Shown piece after piece: positions 56,341 to 64,000 of a DNA stretch of 64,000 nucleotides. The notes under the pieces were generated by a model. It made no database searches. It saw only the letters and a program-made list of their open reading frames with translations, and was not told the origin of the DNA. The translations under genes and the position numbers were made by a program. The DNA is from Myxococcota bacterium (GTDB taxonomy: Bacteria > Myxococcota_A > UBA9160 > UBA6930), in assembly GCA_965223705.1 (NCBI GenBank), contig OZ245015.1, forward strand, positions 1,248,001 through 1,312,000. The letters are read 5' to 3'. Positions within the stretch are counted from its first letter, which is position 1; each line of letters opens with the position of its first letter.

Positions 56341-58164
56341 TTACTCGACGGGGCGCAAGCGGAAACCGAGCAGCTCGAGCTCGGTGCCGCCGCCTGTGTT
56401 TCGTGCGAACACGCGCGCGCCGCCGCCGCGGCCGAGGGTCCAATCGCAGGCTTCAGAATCGCTCAAAGGTTCGAGGTAGCGCTTCAGCGGTCGCGGCTCA
56501 TCGTCGAGAGCGATCGAAAGGACCAAGCGGCCCTCCTCGAGCTCGAGCGTCACTTCCTCGAAGAAGAGATGCTCGTCGGTGGCGTTCGCAACGCGGTAGC
56601 GGCCGAGGCGCGCTTTCCACGCCGCGGTGGCGGGCGATGGATCGACGCGCCAGCCGACGAAGAACTCCGGGCCGCGCTCGGGGTCGATGTAGACGGCGTC
56701 GATCGCGCCGACGCGCCGGAAGCGCAGTTGGAAGCGCTTGAGCTCGTCGGGCTCGAGCGGCAGGAGGCCCATGAAGCGCAGGCGCGGGCGGAACGATCCG
56801 TCGACGGCCGGCCGAAGCTCCGCCGAGGTAAAGCGCGTGAACGCTTGGGTGCGCAGCGCGTCGCCGCGGCGTTCGAGCCGAACGGCTGTTGCGAGCGTCG
56901 CGTAGCGACCGGCGAGATCGGCGAGGGCGCCGGGGTCGGTGCTTTCCGCGAGGCGCGGCGGCGCGGGCTCCCACTCGCGAAACGGCACGCCGCGCCGCGC
57001 TTCGAGCGCCAGCCGCAGCGCGAGGTACACGATGTCCTGCGCCGCGGGGCCGGCTTCGGCAGCGTTCGTCAGCACCGCGACGCCCAGGTCGTGCTCAGGA
57101 AGAAGCAGGAAGTGCGAGCGGTGGGCGAGCATGCCGCCCGAGTGTCCGACGGCGAGCCCGCCTCCCGGCACCGCCGCTTGCGAGCTGTCGCGGAACCAGC
57201 CGAGCCCCATCTCGAACGTGCTGTCGAGCGCCACGTCGCCGTTTTGCCGCCGCCACATCGCGCGCAGATCCTTCGACGAGAGAATCTCGCCCGAAGCGCC
57301 GGTGCCGTCGCGGAGCGCCATCTGCCCGAACGCCGCGAGCTCGCGGGCGCTGCTCACGAGTGCGCCGGCGGGCACCGCGCCGAGCTTCATCGGGTCGATC
57401 GCGTCGCCGTCGACGTAGGATTTCGCGATCTCGTCTTCGAGAAGCTCGGTCCGGAACGTCGAGCGCGCCATGCCGCTCGGACGCATGACGCGTTCTTCCG
57501 CGTAGCGCGGGAAGGGGTCGCCGCTCACGCGCTCGACGACGTGGCCGAGGAGCGTCATCGCAACGTTCGAATACGCGTGCACCAAGCCGACCGGCGCCTG
57601 GGCTTTGAAGCCGCGCAGGAGCGTCACGTATTCGGTGTAGTGCGCGGGCTCCGCCGCGAAGAAGCGCGAGAAGATGTCGCTCGGAATCCCCGAGTGGTGG
57701 GTCAACATCGAGCGGATCGTGATGTCGTCGAGCGTCCATTCCGCGGCGTTCGGCAAGAAGGGCGGCGGCGGGCCGAGCTCGAACTCGGGCAGGTAGCGCG
57801 TGAGCGGCGCGTCGAGCTCGACGAGGCCCTGGGCGACGAGCTGCATCACGGCGATCGAGGTGATGAGCTTCGAAATGGAACCCACGCGGTAGAAGGTCTG
57901 CGGGGTCGCGGGCACCGCTTCCTCGACGCTGGCGAAGCCGTAACCGCGCTCCCAGTAGATGCCGTTGTCGTCGAAGAGCGCGATCGTGAGAGAAGCGGCA
58001 CCTTCCTCGAGGACCGCGTTCGCTTCCCAATCGAGGCGCGAGGTCAGGTAGTGGAGGTCGCCGCGCTCGATCGGCGCGGCCGGCCGCTCGGGGAGTGGCG
58101 TTGCGCAGGCGAGGCCGACAACGATGACGAGCGAGACGCCGAAGGTCCCTGCGAACCGCACCAT
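56341..58164 (-). CDS. serine hydrolase (beta-lactamase/PBP-like), probable lipoprotein
   Basis: SISK (SxxK), LTHHSG, YSN, HSGG; lipobox GLAC. Confidence 0.88.
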   Translation of the reverse strand: MVRFAGTFGVSLVIVVGLACATPLPERPAAPIERGDLHYLTSRLDWEANAVLEEGAASLTIALFDDNGIYWERGYGFASVEEAVPATPQTFYRVGSISKLITSIAVMQLVAQGLVELDAPLTRYLPEFELGPPPPFLPNAAEWTLDDITIRSMLTHHSGIPSDIFSRFFAAEPAHYTEYVTLLRGFKAQAPVGLVHAYSNVAMTLLGHVVERVSGDPFPRYAEERVMRPSGMARSTFRTELLEDEIAKSYVDGDAIDPMKLGAVPAGALVSSARELAAFGQMALRDGTGASGEILSSKDLRAMWRRQNGDVALDSTFEMGLGWFRDSSQAAVPGGGLAVGHSGGMLAHRSHFLLLPEHDLGVAVLTNAAEAGPAAQDIVYLALRLALEARRGVPFREWEPAPPRLAESTDPGALADLAGRYATLATAVRLERRGDALRTQAFTRFTSAELRPAVDGSFRPRLRFMGLLPLEPDELKRFQLRFRRVGAIDAVYIDPERGPEFFVGWRVDPSPATAAWKARLGRYRVANATDEHLFFEEVTLELEEGRLVLSIALDDEPRPLKRYLEPLSDSEACDWTLGRGGGARVFARNTGGGTELELLGFRLRPVE

Positions 58165-59002
58165 CCGGGCAAGGTCGTCGATCTCACGGCACCTGTCGAA
58201 CGCGCTGGCGCTCGCGCTCTGCGCGCTCGTGCACACCGCCTGCGTGATCCCCGGGCCGTCGACGTCGGAAACGGAGCTCGCGGCGATTCCCCGGGAGACC
58301 GTGCGGGCGGGATCGCGCGAGCTCAGCATCCTGCGGGCGGGCGATCCCGAGCTTCCGCGCGTGGTCTTTCTCCACGGCACACCCGGAGCCGCCGACGGCT
58401 GGGCCGACTACCTGGTGGTCCCGCCCGAGGGCTTCGAGGCGGTGGCCGTCGATCGCCCGGGCTTCGGCGAGACGCTCCCGCGCAAAGCCGTGCCGTCCCT
58501 CACGTCGCAAGCGGAAGCACTCGAGCCGTTATGGGTCGAGCGGGGCGGGGTGGGCACGTTCCTCGTCGGGCATTCCCTCGGCGCGCCGATCGCCGCGCAG
58601 GCGGCGGTCTTGTTTCCCGAGCGCGTCGCCGGCCTCGTGATCCTCGCGGGCTCCCTCGATCCCGATCTCGAACGCGTCCTGTGGATCCAGTACGTCGGGC
58701 GCTGGTTCGCGCTCGAGTGGCTCATCCCGCGTTGGGCACGCCACGCGAACCGAGAGCTCATCGATCTCGAAACGCACCTGCGCGCCCTGCAGCCCCGGCT
58801 CGGCGACGTGCAGTGCCCCATCGTGATCGTGCACGGCACCGAGGACGGCCTCGTCCCCTATGCGAACGTCGCTTACATGGAGACGCACTTCGCGGCGAAC
58901 CCGCGCGTCGAAGTCGTCCGCCTCGAAGGGCAGAACCACTTCCTGCCCTGGAACTCCGAGGCGGAAGTGCGGCGGGCCATCGCCCGTGTCGCCGCGTGGT
59001 GA
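58124..59002 (+). CDS. alpha/beta hydrolase
   Basis: HGTPG, DRPGFG, GHSLG, HGTEDGLV, NHFLPW; true start probably a little downstream. Confidence 0.85.
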   Translation: MTSETPKVPANRTIRARSSISRHLSNALALALCALVHTACVIPGPSTSETELAAIPRETVRAGSRELSILRAGDPELPRVVFLHGTPGAADGWADYLVVPPEGFEAVAVDRPGFGETLPRKAVPSLTSQAEALEPLWVERGGVGTFLVGHSLGAPIAAQAAVLFPERVAGLVILAGSLDPDLERVLWIQYVGRWFALEWLIPRWARHANRELIDLETHLRALQPRLGDVQCPIVIVHGTEDGLVPYANVAYMETHFAANPRVEVVRLEGQNHFLPWNSEAEVRRAIARVAAW

Positions 59003-59009
59003 GCGTGGC

Positions 59010-59831
59010 CTAGCGCGCGTGGAGCTTGCGAATCTTCGCTTCCACGTCCGCGCGCACTTGGGGCGGCACGGTGTGGCGCCCATCGAATTCCTGGAAGTAG
59101 ACGTGGCGGGTGAGCGCGCTCACGGCGTCGGCGGTTCGGCGACCGCGTACGAGCGGCACGACCGGATCGCTTCGCCCGTGGTAGGCGAAGAAGGGCGGGC
59201 GCGCACCGGGCGCGAAGCCTTCCATGAGCTCCGGCTCGAGCGCGCCGGCGACCGCGAAGACCGCACTGAATTCCTCGGGATGATGCGCACCCAGGTACCA
59301 CGCCAGTGACGCGCCGCGAGAGAAGCCGAAGACCATCGGCTTGCCGCGCGTCGGGTACCGCTCCACGAGCTCGGGTGCCGCCGCAGCGATGCTCTTCGCG
59401 ACGTTCCGGAACATGCCCATCTGCGCGGCCTTCGCTTCCTGCGCGCTCATGCCTTCGCCCTTGTCCCAGATGTAGCCCGCGCCGTGGCGGGCGGGACCGC
59501 GGAAGGAAACGATGCGAACCGGCACGGTCCAATCGGCGAAGACGCCGTCGAGGTCCTTCTCGTCGGCACCGGCACCGTGGAGCACGAAGAGAAGGGGGAG
59601 GCGATCGTCTTGCGCCTCACCCACGACCTGGGTCCGGTACTTCAGCGGGTAGGGGACGTCGGTCTGGATCTCGTTCGGGGCGAAAACGAACTTCCAGACG
59701 GTATACTCGAAGGCGGCGGGCGAGAGGAGGACCTTAGGGGAAACCTCGATGTGAAACTCGTTCTGGCTGCTGCGTTGACTGACGAAGAAAAGGCCGACTA
59801 CGACGGCGGCGAACTTCGCGAGAGAGCCCAT
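59010..59831 (-). CDS. phospholipase/carboxylesterase
   Basis: LHGAG, GFSRGA, HGRSDPVVP, GRHTV; own N-terminal hydrophobic segment MGSLAKFAAVVVGLFF. Confidence 0.8.
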   Translation of the reverse strand: MGSLAKFAAVVVGLFFVSQRSSQNEFHIEVSPKVLLSPAAFEYTVWKFVFAPNEIQTDVPYPLKYRTQVVGEAQDDRLPLLFVLHGAGADEKDLDGVFADWTVPVRIVSFRGPARHGAGYIWDKGEGMSAQEAKAAQMGMFRNVAKSIAAAAPELVERYPTRGKPMVFGFSRGASLAWYLGAHHPEEFSAVFAVAGALEPELMEGFAPGARPPFFAYHGRSDPVVPLVRGRRTADAVSALTRHVYFQEFDGRHTVPPQVRADVEAKIRKLHAR

Positions 59832-59884
59832 CGCGGCCTTATCGGCGCAACAGGGTGGCGGCCTGACCGGGCCTCCGGCCGGCG

Positions 59885-60338
59885 TCAGTCGAAGTGTTTC
59901 TCGAGGTGTGCGGTCACCGCCGGGCCCGAGGTGTGCGGTCACCGCCGGGCCCGAACCGGGCTCGAAGACGTCTTCGAGGAGCGCGATTCGGTCGCCTTCG
60001 TAGGTCAGGCGCTCGGTGCCCTCGAGGGCGAAATCCGGCGCCCCGGCCTTGCCGTAGGTCGCCGTCCACGCGAACTCGACGGAGTCGTCTCCGACAACCG
60101 GCTCTCCCCGCAAGGCGAGCGACCGCGTGTCGAAACGGCGGTCCATGGCGTTCAGGCTCTCGCGCAGGAAGTCGAAGACCTTGGCGCGGCCCTCGACGCG
60201 CGCGTTGAAGGGCTCTTCACTGTCGACGGTGTAGACGGCGTCTTCCGTAAAGAAGGGGTCGAGTCGCGACCAATCGTCATCGACCACGGTTTCTTCGAAC
60301 GCTGCCGCGTACGCCACGAAACGCTCCATCAAGCTCAT
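59885..60338 (-). CDS. SnoaL/NTF2-like protein, frameshifted near the 3' end by a tandem duplication
   Basis: DDWSRLDPFFTEDAVY...GTERLTYEGDRI..LED; native stop TGA at 59885-59887 is out of frame because of the 25-bp duplication. Confidence 0.75.
59902..59954. repeat. perfect 25-bp tandem duplication
   Basis: CGAGGTGTGCGGTCACCGCCGGGCC at 59902-59926 and 59927-59951, followed by CGA. Confidence 0.95.
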
Positions 60339-61243
60339 GCCCAGTGCGCCTTGGCGAACTCGCCGACGCGGTCGATGGCCTGTTGCCCTTCCGGCAGCAT
60401 GGGCGCGAAGCAGTGCCATACGTGCACCATCTCGTCCCACACTTCGAGGGTGACGTCGACACCGGCGGCTTTCGCGCGCTCGGCAAACCGCCTCGAGTCG
60501 TCGAGCAGCAGCTCGTAGTCGCCGACGTGGATCAGCAGCGGCGGAAAGCCCGTCGGATCCGCGTAGAGCGGCGAGGCCAACGGGTTCTTCGCGTCGGCAT
60601 CGCCGAGGTAGAGCTTCGCCATTCCGAGCAGGCCGCCGATTTCGACCATGGGGTCGACTTCCTTGCGGCTCTCGACGGAATCGCCGGTGCCTTCAAGATC
60701 GGTCCACGGTGAAATGGGAACCGCGGCGGCGGGCAGCGGGTCGCCCGCGTCGCGCAACGCGGCGAGGGCGGCGAGGGTGAGGCCACCGCCGGCGGAATCG
60801 CCGGCGATGACGATCTGTTCGGGTTTCGCACCGCCTTCGAGAAGCGCGCGATACGCCGCGATGGCGTCGTCGAGCGCGGCCGGGAACGGCGCTTCGGGTG
60901 CGAGCCGGTAGTCGAGGAGCACCACGCGACCGCCGCTCGACCGCGAGATGCGATCCGCCAAGCCGCGGTGCGTGTCGGGCGAACCGATGACGTAACCCCC
61001 ACCGTGGAAGTACAGGACGGTGCGATCGCTCGCTGCGCCAGAGGCGGTGATGATCTCGGCGGGGACGCCGCCCACGGTGACCGACTCGACCTTGGTGTCG
61101 GGCGCCGGCGTAAAGCGCCGCGTCATCTGGACCATGTTGTCGCGCATCTTGTCGACGCTGTCCTTCATCACCTCGTAGCTCGATTCGCCCGGGTGATTGC
61201 GCCAGAGGATCTCGATCAGCTTCTGGTTTTCGGGGCTTGCCAT
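60335..61243 (-). CDS. HSL-family (GDSAG) esterase/lipase
   Basis: HGGGY, DYRLAPEAPFP, GDSAGG, MVHVW. Confidence 0.92.
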   Translation of the reverse strand: MASPENQKLIEILWRNHPGESSYEVMKDSVDKMRDNMVQMTRRFTPAPDTKVESVTVGGVPAEIITASGAASDRTVLYFHGGGYVIGSPDTHRGLADRISRSSGGRVVLLDYRLAPEAPFPAALDDAIAAYRALLEGGAKPEQIVIAGDSAGGGLTLAALAALRDAGDPLPAAAVPISPWTDLEGTGDSVESRKEVDPMVEIGGLLGMAKLYLGDADAKNPLASPLYADPTGFPPLLIHVGDYELLLDDSRRFAERAKAAGVDVTLEVWDEMVHVWHCFAPMLPEGQQAIDRVGEFAKAHWA

Positions 61244-61261
61244 GGTGTGTACCTCCTGGTC

Positions 61262-61579
61262 CTAGAGTTTTACGGCCGTTCCGCTGATCGTGACCATCAG
61301 CATCGTTCCGCCCTGGCCGACGGTTTCGTAGTCGAGGTCGATACCGACGACGGCGTCGGCGCCGAGCTCTCGCGCGTCACTCTCGAGATCTTCGAACGCG
61401 ACCTTGCGCGCTTTCCGGAGCTCTTTCTCGTAAGCCGCCGAGCGCCCGCCGACGATGTCGCGGATGCCGGCGAACATGTCGCGGAAGACGTTGGCGCCCA
61501 TGATGGCTTCGCCCGTGACGAGACCCAGATACTCTCGGATCGGTCGGCCCTCGATGGTGGGCGTCGTCGTCGCGATCAT
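61262..61579 (-). CDS. ybjQ: YbjQ/UPF0145 family protein
   Basis: [43 protein letters not shown]. Confidence 0.92.
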   Translation of the reverse strand: MIATTTPTIEGRPIREYLGLVTGEAIMGANVFRDMFAGIRDIVGGRSAAYEKELRKARKVAFEDLESDARELGADAVVGIDLDYETVGQGGTMLMVTISGTAVKL

Positions 61580-62415
61580 CCCGCGACCGCCTTGCGAATC
61601 TCACCGTCGACTTGAGCCACGACTTCCGCGTAGTGCGCGGGGCTGTCGTAGCCCTGGGTGTGGACGAGCTGGGTCGCGCCCGCGTCGCGGTAAGCGCACG
61701 CGAGATCAGCCGCGGCGGCACCGTCTTCGAGGGGGAGCGTCTTCATGGCGATCACTTCGAGGCCCTCGCGACCGGCATCACTCGCCTGTCGATGCAGGTC
61801 GGCGACAAGCGGCGCCAGCTCGTCGGGCGCGATGCCCACCGGCATCCAACCGTCACCGTGTTCGATGGCGCGCCGGATCGCAACGCCGGGGCCGCCCCCG
61901 ATATAGATCGGCGGTCGCGGAAGCACGGGGTTCAACAAGAGGGGCTGCCCGTTGGCCTCGACGAGGCCGTTCTTCGACGACTCGTTGAGGAAGGCGAGCG
62001 TCTCGTCCGTGATCTTGCCGCGTTGACTTCGCGGCACGCCGAGCGCCCGGAACTCTTCTTCCAGGTACCCCGGACCGACACCCAACAGAAACCGATTGCC
62101 CGACAGCACCTGGATCGTCGTCAGCAGCTTGTTCGTCAGCAACATCGGACGATAGGGAACCACCAACACCGCGGTGCCAAACGCGATCCGCTCGGTCACG
62201 GCCGCGAGATACGTGCCGAAGGCCAAGGGATCGAGCACGGCACCCATATCTTCGGGAATGCCGTACTCGTTGTTCTCGATCTTCGGGGGAAAGCCGATAT
62301 GGTCGTTGAACCAGATCGCGTCGAGCCCCGAGCGATCGGCCGCTTCGGCGCAGCCACGCAGAAAATCGGGCGTCGCCGTCGGCCCCCAGTTGCGAATGTT
62401 CATCCCGAGCTTCAT
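61576..62415 (-). CDS. LLM-class (probably F420-dependent) oxidoreductase
   Basis: [40 protein letters not shown]. Confidence 0.85.
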   Translation of the reverse strand: MKLGMNIRNWGPTATPDFLRGCAEAADRSGLDAIWFNDHIGFPPKIENNEYGIPEDMGAVLDPLAFGTYLAAVTERIAFGTAVLVVPYRPMLLTNKLLTTIQVLSGNRFLLGVGPGYLEEEFRALGVPRSQRGKITDETLAFLNESSKNGLVEANGQPLLLNPVLPRPPIYIGGGPGVAIRRAIEHGDGWMPVGIAPDELAPLVADLHRQASDAGREGLEVIAMKTLPLEDGAAAADLACAYRDAGATQLVHTQGYDSPAHYAEVVAQVDGEIRKAVAG

Positions 62416-62438
62416 GGGCGAGCTCCTAACGGTTGGTG

Positions 62439-63395
62439 TCAGAGGGCGTCGCGCCCGTGCGGCGCGTCTAGGTTGAGCCTTGGACCGACCGGCACGATAC
62501 GCGTCGGATTGATGGTGTCGTGGCTCTCGAAATAATGTCGCTTGATGTGATCGAAATGAACGGTCTCGGCGATTCCCGGGACCTGATAGAGCTCTCGCAA
62601 GTAACCCGAGAGATGCGGGAAGTCGGCGACGCGCTGCCGGTTGCACTTGAAGTGCGTGACGTACACGGCGTCGAAGCGCACGAGCGTCGGGAAGAGGCGC
62701 CAATCCGCTTCGGTGATCGTGTTGCCGACGAGGTAGCGCTGTTTCCCGAGTCGTGCTTCGAGCTCATCGAGGGTTCCGAAGAGGTCGCGGAACGCTTCCT
62801 CGTACGCTTCTTGAGTCGTTGCGAACCCGCAGCGGTAGACGCCGTTGTTCACGGTTTCGTAGATGCGCTCGTTGATCGCATCGATCTCCGGCCGTAGCGC
62901 TTCGGGATAGAAATCGATCGATGCATCGCCCAGCGCGTCGAACTCGCGGTTCAACATCCGGATGATCTCGGACGATTCGTTGTTCACCGCCGTGTCGGTC
63001 TTGCGATCCCAGAGGAGCGGTACCGTGACGCGCCCGGTGTAGTCGGGCTGCGCGCGGGTATAGAGCTCGTGCAGGGCGCGGCTACCGTGAAGGTCGTCGC
63101 GGGTTCCGTCGGGGTCGTCGCCGAAGAACCACCCTTCGTCACCCATGAACGGATCGACGATCGAAAGCGAGATCACGGACTCGAGCTTCTTCAGCCTTCG
63201 GAAGATCACCGTGCGGTGCGCCCACGGGCACGCGTTCGCAATGTAGAGGTGGTAGCGGTCGGGGTCGGGGGTGTAGGGCGTGCTGCCGTCGGCGCGGATC
63301 CAGTTGCGGAAGCTACTCGCCTTGCGGACAAAGTGGCCGTCGGTTGCGCGTTTGCCGTCGTCGGTCTGCCATTCGCCTGCGATGAGTTGACCCAT
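62439..63395 (-). CDS. yqjG: glutathionyl-hydroquinone reductase
   Basis: ACPWAHR, GRVTVPLLWD, NNESSEIIRM, NNGVYRCGFA, RFDAVY..HFKCN. Confidence 0.92.
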   Translation of the reverse strand: MGQLIAGEWQTDDGKRATDGHFVRKASSFRNWIRADGSTPYTPDPDRYHLYIANACPWAHRTVIFRRLKKLESVISLSIVDPFMGDEGWFFGDDPDGTRDDLHGSRALHELYTRAQPDYTGRVTVPLLWDRKTDTAVNNESSEIIRMLNREFDALGDASIDFYPEALRPEIDAINERIYETVNNGVYRCGFATTQEAYEEAFRDLFGTLDELEARLGKQRYLVGNTITEADWRLFPTLVRFDAVYVTHFKCNRQRVADFPHLSGYLRELYQVPGIAETVHFDHIKRHYFESHDTINPTRIVPVGPRLNLDAPHGRDAL

Positions 63396-63404
63396 AGGGC
63401 GAGT

Positions 63405-64000
63405 CTATACCGGCTCTGCCCTTACGGCCGCTTCGCTGCGTACCCAGGGCGGCGGCGAGAAACGCTCGACGACCAGATCGAGGAAGGTCTTCACCTTCGC
63501 GGAGAGATGGCGACGGGTCGGGTAGACGGCGTACATGCCGACTTCGGGCGGAGCGTACGGCGCCAGAACACGCTCGAGCTCGCCCCGAGCGATCGCTTCC
63601 GAAGCGACCCACGAGGGCATCCGCGCGATCCCGAGGCCGTTCGTGGTGAGCTCGAGAACGAGGCCGAAGTCGTTCGCCAACGTGGTCGGGCGGACGGGCA
63701 CCGAAATCTCGCCGTCCGGGCCGATCAAGCGCCACGTGCTGCCGCCGATCGGCCCCGAGTAGACGACGATCTTGTGGTTCGCGAGCTCCGCCGGCGTGGT
63801 CGGCGTGCCGCGCGCGGCGAGGTAGTTCGGGCTGGCACACAGAAGCTGCTGCGTCGGGCCGAGGCGACGCGCGATCAAGCTCGAATCGCGCAGCTCGCCC
63901 ACGCGGATGCCCAGGTCGAAGCCGTCGCCGACGAGATCCACCAGCCGGTCCGCCAGGTAGAGATCGATGTCCACCTCGGGGTAGCGCGAGGCGTATTCCG
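63405..64000 (-). CDS. LysR family regulator (substrate-binding domain; 5' part outside window)
   Basis: DLVGDGFDLGIRVG.L.DSSLIARRL, CASPNYLAARGTP, YPTRRHLSAKVKTF. Confidence 0.9.
   Translation of the reverse strand, partial: EYASRYPEVDIDLYLADRLVDLVGDGFDLGIRVGELRDSSLIARRLGPTQQLLCASPNYLAARGTPTTPAELANHKIVVYSGPIGGSTWRLIGPDGEISVPVRPTTLANDFGLVLELTTNGLGIARMPSWVASEAIARGELERVLAPYAPPEVGMYAVYPTRRHLSAKVKTFLDLVVERFSPPPWVRSEAAVRAEPV

Noticed and set aside
56569..59013. 814-aa plus-strand ORF
   Set aside because: Antisense or off-frame shadow of two hydrolase genes; Arg/Ala-rich with no motifs, as expected at high GC.
59902..59954. CRISPR-like repeat
   Set aside because: Two abutting copies with no spacer and no cas genes.

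Overview
High-GC (upper 60s %, by eye) bacterial window from a diderm organism (LolA-like, PEP-CTERM and sigma-54 genes), with roughly 62 CDSs. I found no rRNA, tRNA, CRISPR array or transposase. 1-17.4 kb: lipid/xenobiotic catabolic region (five LLM oxidoreductases, Cys-less thiolase + DUF35, amidohydrolases, CitE-like lyase, Baeyer-Villiger monooxygenase, enoyl-CoA hydratases, SDR, acyl-CoA dehydrogenase pair). 17.4-21.9 kb: GGDEF/EAL protein, carotenoid oxygenase and a divergent TetR with tandem operators. 21.9-42.3 kb: aryl-polyene-like type II PKS/glycolipid cluster, extended by two halogenase-like flavoproteins, a second adenylation/ACP/condensation-like module and a CrtI-like enzyme. 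42.4-48.4 kb: hybrid kinase, NnrU, an AhpD/CMD gene with in-frame UGA in a CxxU motif plus SECIS-like hairpin (probable selenoprotein), and an OLD-like ATPase with altered catalytic motifs. 48.5-53.6 kb: lower-GC block encoding a REC-HTH regulator, a degenerate MMPL/RND domain fused to a histidine kinase, and a sensor-less sigma-54 activator. 53.5-64 kb: ArsR/SRPBCC, PEP-CTERM protein, methyltransferase, several hydrolases (two genes joined in frame by a 25-bp tandem duplication), YbjQ, LLM, YqjG and a partial LysR. All calls come from motif recognition by eye; no database searches were run.
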